Shown here in pieces: positions 18,211 to 25,865 of a DNA stretch of 64,000 nucleotides. The position numbers and the translations under genes were made by a program. The notes under the pieces were generated by a model, which searched no databases, was not told the origin of the DNA, and worked only from the letters and a program-made list of their open reading frames with translations. The stretch comes from a virus (taxonomy: Duplodnaviria; Caudoviricetes): the IMG/VR virus record IMGVR_UViG_3300044846_003573, one strand, 5' to 3'. The stretch's first letter is position 1; each line of letters starts with the position of its first letter.

Positions 18211-18923
18211 ATAATTGGAAAACAATAATCATGAGTGATTTACACTTAGGAGCAAGACAATCACAGACAGATAAGATAATAAGTTTCTTGGATAATAACA
18301 CAACAGAAAAACTAATACTGAACGGTGATATTATAGATGGTTGGGCTCTTAAAGGTAATGGTAAATGGACGAAGGATTGTACCAAGATATTCAGGAAGTT
18401 CATGAAGATGTCTGAGAAGAATACAAAGGTAATTTATATAAGAGGAAACCACGATGACTTCCTAAAAGATTTTATTCCATTTAAATTAAACAACATTAGG
18501 ATTGTAAGAAAGTATATACATAATGGTATTGACGGAAGAAAGTATTTTTGTTTTCACGGGGATGTATTGGATTTCGTTATAATGGAAGCGAGGTGGTTAG
18601 CAGTAATCGGTGGATGGTCATATGATATTGTCATTAAGTTTAATACTCTATATAACAAAATAAGAAAGTGGTTTAACTTACCATATCATTCATTGGCAAA
18701 CACAATAAAACAATCAGTAAAAGGGGCAATTAACTTTGTATCTGATTTTGAACAAAACGCGAAAGGTCTAACAAAACAAAAGGGATATGATGTTGCGGTG
18801 TGTGGACATATTCATCACCCGAAGATAGAGAATGACTATATGAACTCAGGAGACTTTTGTGAGAACTCTACATGTCTTGTAGAAGATTATAACGGGGAGT
18901 GGAAGATTATTACTATTAGTTAG
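18207..18923 (+). CDS. Calcineurin-like metallophosphoesterase, UDP-2,3-diacylglucosamine hydrolase (LpxH)-like
   Basis: SDLHLG, LNGDIIDGW, RGNHDD, FHGD, CGHIHHP, YMNSGDF. Confidence 0.85.
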   Translation: MNNWKTIIMSDLHLGARQSQTDKIISFLDNNTTEKLILNGDIIDGWALKGNGKWTKDCTKIFRKFMKMSEKNTKVIYIRGNHDDFLKDFIPFKLNNIRIVRKYIHNGIDGRKYFCFHGDVLDFVIMEARWLAVIGGWSYDIVIKFNTLYNKIRKWFNLPYHSLANTIKQSVKGAINFVSDFEQNAKGLTKQKGYDVAVCGHIHHPKIENDYMNSGDFCENSTCLVEDYNGEWKIITIS

Positions 18924-19245
18924 GTATTTTAAACAAATTGTTCACATCGTGAAAGACCAAACGGGTATAAGTAACCCTCATTTGTAGAGTATTTTCAACC
19001 CATCTACCGATAACTTCCTTAGAATCATATATGTCCAAAGAAAAGAAAGAAGAAATTTCGTAAATTAATCCATGGCGTATATAACACCAACCATCGTTTC
19101 TATCATATCTGATTTGGGCATATTTATCATCTTCCGAATTAACAAAGTATATTGCGTTTCCTCTTTTAATCTGAATAAAGTTCTTAATATCCAAATATCT
19201 AAAGATTACTCTGTCTAATTGTGATTCTGTGATAAGATATTTCAT
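18916..19245 (-). CDS. MKYLITE-family protein (WVxNTLQM subfamily)
   Basis: ...VIGRWVENTLQMRVTYT + 10 aa + FKIPN. Confidence 0.75.
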   Translation of the reverse strand: MKYLITESQLDRVIFRYLDIKNFIQIKRGNAIYFVNSEDDKYAQIRYDRNDGWCYIRHGLIYEISSFFSLDIYDSKEVIGRWVENTLQMRVTYTRLVFHDVNNLFKIPN

Positions 19246-19275
19246 TACATATAAATATCATAAAGATAATAACTA

Positions 19276-20070
19276 TTATTGATTTAAGACCTGTTCCATC
19301 ACATAGTTCATAACAGACATTTCTACATCCGTTGTACATTCCTTATGATTTAATACCTCTTCCACCCCTCTTGTGAAGGGTCCAGAATATGCTTCCAATG
19401 TTGATACCTTATGATTTAATACCTCTTCTACCTCAATTTTTCCAACGTAATCAAGTGAATCGGTTGTAGATACCTTATGATTTAATACTTCTTCCACCAA
19501 TGAATGTTCGGGGTATTTGAGAATGGTAGTTGTAGACACCTTAACATTATGACTTAATACATCTTCCACCCGTGTTCGGATATGAGCATTGTGAGTATTA
19601 GTTGTGGATACCTTACTATTCAATACCTCTTCCACCTTCCAAGGAACACGAACTTTAACATCGCACGTTGTGGATACCTTATGATTTAATACATCTTCCA
19701 CCATCATGCTTTCAACACCGCTACCTGTCACGGTTGTAGATACCTTATGATTTAAGACCTCTTCCACCTTGTCCGTTGTAATTGGAAGTGGAATGAAGGT
19801 TGTGGATACCTTATGATTTAAGACCTCTTCCACCCAAGAAGATAGAACAGGACAAAAATCATCCAAACTCATGGAGAATATTTGAAAAAACGAATTAAAA
19901 AAATCGTATCTCCACCATAAAGTACCTGACTCATCAAGTTCAAAGTACCAGTATTTATTATCCCTATTAATAAACCATATAGACCCATTATAAGGAATAA
20001 TCTCACAATCACCCAACTCTTTATATAGGTGTTTAAAAATAAGTTGTTTTAATCTATCTGTAATAACCAT
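19276..20070 (-). CDS. Array gene D
   Basis: ORF track; same N-domain and 22-aa array; TATATTTG at 20075-20082 upstream. Confidence 0.85.
   Translation of the reverse strand: MVITDRLKQLIFKHLYKELGDCEIIPYNGSIWFINRDNKYWYFELDESGTLWWRYDFFNSFFQIFSMSLDDFCPVLSSWVEEVLNHKVSTTFIPLPITTDKVEEVLNHKVSTTVTGSGVESMMVEDVLNHKVSTTCDVKVRVPWKVEEVLNSKVSTTNTHNAHIRTRVEDVLSHNVKVSTTTILKYPEHSLVEEVLNHKVSTTDSLDYVGKIEVEEVLNHKVSTLEAYSGPFTRGVEEVLNHKECTTDVEMSVMNYVMEQVLNQ
19281..19834 (-). CRISPR. CRISPR-like array D inside CDS: 8 full repeats (one with a 6-bp insertion) + partial, 8 spacers of 30 bp
   Basis: Repeats start at 19331, 19397, 19463, 19529 (42 bp), 19601, 19667, 19733, 19799. Confidence 0.6.
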
Positions 20071-20885
20071 AGAGCAAATATAGTAAGAAATTATGAACTA
20101 AACAAACTCATTCCCCCATTCCACTATCGTGTCGTTCCATTCCCCTTCGGGTCATTACACTAATGGGTTCATTCATTTGTTTACTTCCTAATTTCATCAG
20201 GTCAAGAACTTCCTAATTTCCCCTATTGTATGAATCTATAATTAACGTACAACACTAATCTATAATAATCCCCCATAATGAAAGACACATACTATGAAGG
20301 GACATAACATATTACTGTTAATGGTATTGTACCCCATCGGGATAATGAAATACCCTAAAGGGTATATAAGATGATATTAGTATACCTGTTAGGGTATAAA
20401 ATATATGGTGGAATGTGAAAGGGACAATGTTCTTTATAGGGAACATAACCCTACAGGGTTATCCCTTATATAACACATTATGTCCCACTTTTTACCACCA
20501 CTATAATTGTCCATATCATGTGTCTATATGGTAAGGGGAAATCTTAAAAACCCCCTTGAAGACACTATAAAATACACTTTTCGTTGAAGGATTTAAACAA
20601 CTAAAGTCTGTCCACGCCACTTTATTGTTACATCCTATTTTTAGCTGGAAAATGTATATAGTTAAAAAAACCCTTCTCACACTATCAGGAGGACCACTTT
20701 TTTCACTTTTCATATAACCAAAAACCCCTCTCACATATACGTCAGTGGTAAAAAGTGGGAACATTTACCTATGGACAATATACATAATATACACTATATT
20801 TATAGTTGTTAATATGTCTAAAACCCGTCAAGGGGATTATCCCTTATCTGACGCTCCCCTGACATTTTGACAAAATCAAGAAAAA

Positions 20886-21182
20886 ATGAATAATAATTTA
20901 TCAACAATTCCCCCTGACGATATGTCTAACCCCATTTCCATACCTGACATACTGAAAAATTTAAGGGTTGTAACTGACCCTTTACGGGATGTTGTTGCTG
21001 TGACCCTATATTATAATGGGGAAAAGGTGGGTAAGATGGAGTATAGGAAGGCTTCATCTACGTATCAGGGGGATATGAAGATATTAACATTGTATTCTCT
21101 GACCCCTGAGTTCATGGAGTTATTCAAGGGACATGAAAATCCCATACGTGTTTTGGACAACCATGTTAAAGTGTTTGTTTAA
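20886..21182 (+). CDS. Hypothetical protein
   Basis: ORF track. Confidence 0.55.
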   Translation: MNNNLSTIPPDDMSNPISIPDILKNLRVVTDPLRDVVAVTLYYNGEKVGKMEYRKASSTYQGDMKILTLYSLTPEFMELFKGHENPIRVLDNHVKVFV

Positions 21183-21552
21183 ACTGTTTCCAAATAACAC
21201 TCTTGTACTTTGTTTCATTCCCCCGAGCTTCTACTTCAAAGGGGCAGTCCCAATAACCATGTCTTGTTTGTGATGATGCGTAGTTACGTTTGATACCCCT
21301 TTGTATGTGGTGGGTGTATTCGTGTATGATTGTTTTAACAAACTTATCAACAGTCTCACATGTGGATGGGTTAATAACTAATGCTTCATAATCGTATTGA
21401 CCATAGAGATTTGTTAACCCGTTTCTAATTTTCAGTTTCGGGGATGGTTTGTTTCCATGACCGAGTGTCTTTCTAACTATGGTTATAAGTTGTAACCCCA
21501 TCTTACGAAGTTCGGTGGTTGTGTATGTATCTAATCTATCTTTGAGTTTCAT
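21166..21552 (-). CDS. HExxH metallopeptidase-like protein
   Basis: Start moved to MKLKDR (21552); KTIIHEYTHHIQ...FEVEAR. Confidence 0.55.
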   Translation of the reverse strand: MKLKDRLDTYTTTELRKMGLQLITIVRKTLGHGNKPSPKLKIRNGLTNLYGQYDYEALVINPSTCETVDKFVKTIIHEYTHHIQRGIKRNYASSQTRHGYWDCPFEVEARGNETKYKSVIWKQFKQTL

Positions 21553-21553
21553 A

Positions 21554-21976
21554 TTAGTCGATGAATTTGTAGGTGATGTTCCCGATGATTTCGTCATTGT
21601 GTCTTGGTAATGGGATAGAGGCAGCTTTGAAGAAGGTTGGGATGATTGTGTTGTTGATAAGTTTCTGTGCTCCGTTGTTAGCTGACCACTTTCTGCTCTT
21701 GAAGTAACTTGCTCTGTGATGACTACGCCAAGAGTTAACACTTGGGATTGATGACTCGGCGTAACGGTGACCTTCTCTCTTTAGGGTTACCTCTATGTTA
21801 ATCACACGACCATAAGAATTGGTGTTCCAATTCCACTTGTCTGTCTCACCCACAGATACAATACGAACCGACACCTCACCGAAGTGGTTCCATGTGTCAG
21901 TCATAACAACAAGGTTCTGCTTCTTGATGAATCTCATTAACAATTTGGTTGATAGTTTGTCTTGGGTGATTTTCAT
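21554..21976 (-). CDS. Hypothetical protein
   Basis: ORF track; TATATTTG at 21997-22004 upstream. Confidence 0.6.
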   Translation of the reverse strand: MKITQDKLSTKLLMRFIKKQNLVVMTDTWNHFGEVSVRIVSVGETDKWNWNTNSYGRVINIEVTLKREGHRYAESSIPSVNSWRSHHRASYFKSRKWSANNGAQKLINNTIIPTFFKAASIPLPRHNDEIIGNITYKFID

Positions 21977-22302
21977 AGTGGTTGTTTATTGTTCTACAAA
22001 TATACAACAATTTTCTTCCCCCACAAAAAAAATCTTCTTTTTTTTTAAAAGCAGGGTGGAGTATACACTCCAAGCATTAACCGTGCCAGCCCTTTATCCC
22101 CTTATCGTTATAAGGTACACTTACGGGGCTAAGTTACAACGAAAATAATTAATAAAAAATTAGGATATTAACTTTCTTCGCCGTATCTTTGTGTTGACGC
22201 TCTTCTTATAAAAAAAAATATATAAGGCACCAAGCTAAGTTACGGCGGATTTTTTAAATAAACAAATATATTATCACATAATAAATCCCTACCTTTGTAG
22301 TA

Positions 22303-22605
22303 ATGAGACAGAAGATATATACCATTAAAGACTTTGACTTCAAACCCCACGGTGTGGTAAAGGGTGCGGTACAAGGTTTACTTACACTCCCCAACAATAT
22401 CACAGTATCTATTGTCGGTGGTGGTCTTCAATCTATTGTCGGTGGGATGAATATGTTACGTGGTGATGGAGTGGATACCTTTGAAGTAGCCGCTTGGTGG
22501 GGTGACCAAGGTGATTGGATTAAACTATCTGACTACGATGATGTGTTATCATATGTTGATAAAGATAGACTACCAATCATACTACTTGATTTATCTAAGA
22601 AATAA
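22303..22605 (+). CDS. Hypothetical protein
   Basis: ORF track; TACCTTTG at 22290-22297. Confidence 0.65.
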   Translation: MRQKIYTIKDFDFKPHGVVKGAVQGLLTLPNNITVSIVGGGLQSIVGGMNMLRGDGVDTFEVAAWWGDQGDWIKLSDYDDVLSYVDKDRLPIILLDLSKK

Positions 22606-22650
22606 TTTGTATATATAAAACCTTTGAACTATATTTGTAGTCTATACATT

Positions 22651-22839
22651 ATGAAGAAATACATACTACCCCTAATCATGTTAGTCGTTATACTAACATC
22701 TTGTTCTACCCCACAACATGGGTACAACTACAAGAAACATTCTAACACACAACAGAAGATGTACAAACAAACTAAACGTGTGAACAAAGGGAAGAACCAA
22801 CTACAACATCAGTGTACCCCTAAGAAACACAGACGATAA
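22651..22839 (+). CDS. Small basic lipoprotein
   Basis: MKKYILPLIMLVVILTS-C lipobox. Confidence 0.65.
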   Translation: MKKYILPLIMLVVILTSCSTPQHGYNYKKHSNTQQKMYKQTKRVNKGKNQLQHQCTPKKHRR

Positions 22840-22972
22840 GATGAAACGATTTACCATCACACCCAATCAGGCAATCATCCTATACTGTCTACTAATGGTT
22901 ACCATAGTAGCAGTGGTAAAAGGATGTGACCTAATGTAAAGGGGAGGGGATACTTATTAAAAGTTATCAACA

Positions 22973-23066
22973 CCCCCTACTACCCCCTCCTATACCCCTA
23001 CCTATGGGGTCCCCCCTCCCGTATCCCCCCTTATATAGGGGGTTTTTTGGTCATATAGGGGGGATA
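22973..23066. other. C-run/G-run element with nested inverted repeats (candidate origin, terminus or packaging signal)
   Basis: Six C-runs at 22973-23030; TATCCCCCC(T)TATAT 23022-23036 versus ATATAGGGGGGATA 23053-23066. Confidence 0.45.
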
Positions 23067-23185
23067 ATCCCCTCGAAAAAATCCTGGAAAATTTTTTTAG
23101 AAAAGCGACCCTTTGTTTTAAAATGTTCCCTATATGTAAAAAATAAATTTTGGGAAATTTTTTGGAAAATTGGTATTTATAAAAT

Positions 23186-23527
23186 ATGAAAAAGATTGTA
23201 ACACTTACGGAATCTGATTTAACTAATATTGTTAAACGTGTGATTAATGAAGATAAGAAAAAATCTTTTAGTCGTAATATGATAAAATTTATAGATAAGA
23301 TTCTTGGTCAGGTAATACCTGGGTTAAAACCTAATGATTATGATGCGGAAGATTACGATGAATATAAGGAGGAGATTGTTTGGACAACTTTGGGGTGTAT
23401 GGCTTATGAAATGGATTATGACTTACCACGAGAGAAAGTGGAGGAATTATTTTCATTAATGGAGACACCTGAATTTAATGAAAAAATTAAGAAAGGATAT
23501 TCTAAGTATAAGAAGATGAAAAATTAA
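23186..23527 (+). CDS. MKKxVRLTE-leader protein
   Basis: MKKIVTLTESDLTNIVKRVINE. Confidence 0.7.
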   Translation: MKKIVTLTESDLTNIVKRVINEDKKKSFSRNMIKFIDKILGQVIPGLKPNDYDAEDYDEYKEEIVWTTLGCMAYEMDYDLPREKVEELFSLMETPEFNEKIKKGYSKYKKMKN

Positions 23528-23555
23528 CCTCTCCAATGATAGTATTGTTGGACCG

Positions 23556-23584
23556 ACCCCTTTGATTTATTCAAGGGGTTTTTT
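23556..23584 (+). terminator. Intrinsic terminator
   Basis: acccctttga-tttat-tcaaggggt followed by a T-tract. Confidence 0.65.
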
Positions 23585-23674
23585 ATTTCATTTTTTTTTC
23601 TTATTATTGATATATGTAAAAAATAAATTTTGGTAAATTAGTATTATTGTTTTATCTTTGTAAAAAAAATATAT

Positions 23675-24175
23675 ATGGAACCTGAAGAAGAGAATATTGG
23701 TATGATGAATATTTTAGGAGATAATGTTTTGTTAACAAGGGATTATGGTAATTATACTATAACTAATGGTGGAATGACTGTTAATCCGTATATTGATAAT
23801 GATTATCGTGTTTCTTCAATGAACAACAGAACGTATAATAAGGATGGTGAATTTGTTTTTCCTGAATTATTATTCAAGGTTCTTAAGAAGAGTTTACCTG
23901 GTATTAATTCAATTGTTATTAATAAGTTTGAAACTAAATTTACATATACTGTTGATAGTTTTGAATCTACTCCAACGTATTTGGTATATGTTGATGTTAG
24001 ATACAATTGGGATTCAAGTGAGGTATTATCTCCTGAGAAGTTGGGTGATAAAATCAACATGTCATTTCCTATGATATATACTGATGTTAAGTTTGTTAAG
24101 TTTCAGGTAAACACCGTTAAGGTTGAGAGACGTGATTACGAAAAAGAGTTTATGAATATCTTTGGGAAAAAATAA
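23675..24175 (+). CDS. Hypothetical protein
   Basis: ORF track; TATCTTTG at 23653-23660. Confidence 0.65.
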   Translation: MEPEEENIGMMNILGDNVLLTRDYGNYTITNGGMTVNPYIDNDYRVSSMNNRTYNKDGEFVFPELLFKVLKKSLPGINSIVINKFETKFTYTVDSFESTPTYLVYVDVRYNWDSSEVLSPEKLGDKINMSFPMIYTDVKFVKFQVNTVKVERRDYEKEFMNIFGKK

Positions 24176-24224
24176 TTTTTTTCTTTGTTGTTCAATCCCC
24201 CCTACCCCCTTTTTTGTTTTGATG
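24171..24224 (+). repeat. About 55-bp intergenic repeat, copy 1
   Basis: aataattttttt..ttgttcaatcccccctacccccttttttgttttgat; second copy near 24989. Confidence 0.75.
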
Positions 24225-24237
24225 TATTTATTGTAAT

Positions 24238-24597
24238 ATGAAATACGTTATAACTGAAAACCAATCTTCCGAGTTAATTTCAAAAACTCTTAAAAAACTT
24301 AATATCACATTTTATATTTCGTATATGAGTGATAATGGACGTGATAGTATAACTGCGACGGTATATTTTTATAAAGACGGGAAAATATTCGGATATAATA
24401 ATGGGTATGATTTTATTTTTAAATATGATTCCCTATTTAATCGGTTAATACCTGATGGTCGTTTTCCACACCTTGAACGTAGGGGTGAATTTCAATTTAT
24501 GCCACCAAAAATGGTTATTGAATTTTTTACAGATAAGGTTGAAACTTATTTGAAGAATTATATTGATAAAGGATATACTAACCTTAAAAGAAAATAA
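24238..24597 (+). CDS. MKYLITE-leader protein
   Basis: MKYVITENQ. Confidence 0.7.
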   Translation: MKYVITENQSSELISKTLKKLNITFYISYMSDNGRDSITATVYFYKDGKIFGYNNGYDFIFKYDSLFNRLIPDGRFPHLERRGEFQFMPPKMVIEFFTDKVETYLKNYIDKGYTNLKRK

Positions 24598-24598
24598 T

Positions 24599-24991
24599 AT
24601 GAAATACAAAATCACAAAGGAACAATATTCTAAACTTGTCTATAAGTTAATTGATGCATTTTTTAAGGATGTTAAATTTAACAAAGATGAAGGTGGGGGT
24701 TATTTGACTTATGATATTACTGTTGATGGTGAGGAAGTTGCTTATATTAACACAAAAAAAAGTCCTAATATCGATAAGGGATGTGAATATGAACTTGTAA
24801 TATATGAGGTTACTATATTAAAGATAACAGACTTTGTTCCGATTTTTAGGAAGAAGATATTCTCAAAAATACTCATTAAATATTTTTCTGATATTATTGG
24901 TGAAGATATTGATTGTATTGATTTTGATATGAAACATCATGAAAGTGAAGATACAATTACATATAGAAAAAAATTCAAAAAGAAAAAATAA
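24599..24991 (+). CDS. MKYLITE-like leader protein
   Basis: Start moved to MKYKITKEQY at 24599. Confidence 0.65.
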   Translation: MKYKITKEQYSKLVYKLIDAFFKDVKFNKDEGGGYLTYDITVDGEEVAYINTKKSPNIDKGCEYELVIYEVTILKITDFVPIFRKKIFSKILIKYFSDIIGEDIDCIDFDMKHHESEDTITYRKKFKKKK

Positions 24992-25042
24992 TTTTTTTTC
25001 CGTTGTTCCAATTCCCCCTACCCCCTTTTTTGTTTTTAGATA
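24989..25042 (+). repeat. About 55-bp intergenic repeat, copy 2
   Basis: ataattttttttccgttgttccaattcccctacccccttttttgtttttagat. Confidence 0.75.
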
Positions 25043-25051
25043 CTTATTTAT

Positions 25052-25249
25052 ATGAAAGAATTTTTAAAATATCTTATCATATGGATTGCTGAGAATCTAT
25101 CTATTCCATTTTGGGTTGTTGGTCATGTCCATCTATCACTTAATATTTATAACGACATTTATGAGGTTATTGCGTCTTTTGGAATGAATATAATTGTTGG
25201 TGTAGGTTTTTATTTTGGTTGGAAAGAATCATTAAAAAATAAAATTTAA
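25052..25249 (+). CDS. Small 2-TM membrane protein
   Basis: Two hydrophobic stretches. Confidence 0.55.
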   Translation: MKEFLKYLIIWIAENLSIPFWVVGHVHLSLNIYNDIYEVIASFGMNIIVGVGFYFGWKESLKNKI

Positions 25250-25274
25250 GTATTTATAGTAAACATTATATATT

Positions 25275-25847
25275 ATGAAAAAAGTTGTAAGATTAACTGA
25301 ATCAGATTTGGTTAAAATAGTTAAAAGAGTTGTTAAAGAAGAGTCTTCTCCAAAAGAAAAAGGAAAAGATTTATATACATTATTACATTCGTTGAGAAAT
25401 TCAATTAATGATGAAGATAAGAAAGAAGCGTTATCTAAACTTGAGGATGTATTTTCTATTGTTAGAGATATGGATAATAAAGATAAACCAAAACGTAAAG
25501 TTAATGAAAATAGACATGAAGAAAAGGATATTTTCATATCTAAAGGTTTCAAGGGAGTTAGAATGGAATTTGGAGGTGAATCGGCATCACCAAGTGATAT
25601 TATTGAGTTATATAATGCTTATGTTGAAGAGGGTATACCATTGGTTAAGTATCTTGGTCGTGATATCTTTTTAAATGCTAATGACGATGAGATTGATAAG
25701 TATTCTGTTCTTGACGAATTGAACTATGCTATTGTTGGTGAAGAAGATGAGGAGGAAGAAGATTATGATGATAATAATCGTCAAAGTTTTGAGGATACCG
25801 GTAGACATCTTGGATGGTTTAATCCCAAACGTTGGAATGATATGTAA
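25275..25847 (+). CDS. MKKxVRLTE-leader protein
   Basis: MKKVVRLTESDLVKIVKRVVKEE; internal KVNE. Confidence 0.7.
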   Translation: MKKVVRLTESDLVKIVKRVVKEESSPKEKGKDLYTLLHSLRNSINDEDKKEALSKLEDVFSIVRDMDNKDKPKRKVNENRHEEKDIFISKGFKGVRMEFGGESASPSDIIELYNAYVEEGIPLVKYLGRDIFLNANDDEIDKYSVLDELNYAIVGEEDEEEEDYDDNNRQSFEDTGRHLGWFNPKRWNDM

Positions 25848-25865
25848 AACAAAATTAAATTATAC

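Noticed and set aside
11061-19834. Diversity-generating retroelement as the source of the variable segments
   Set aside because: Aligned spacers show no invariant non-A positions and no NN(C/T) codon bias; no template repeat or reverse transcriptase is visible in the window.
11061-19834. TIGR-type (box C/D) guide array
   Set aside because: The unit is 66 nt with one 30-nt spacer, not a 36-nt unit with two short spacers, and no box C/D motifs or Nop-domain gene were seen.
21552-22148. N-terminal extension of ORF 21166-21741 and ORF 21819-22148
   Set aside because: Both overlap the better-supported minus-strand gene 21554-21976; the extension is S/T/Q-rich off-frame sequence.
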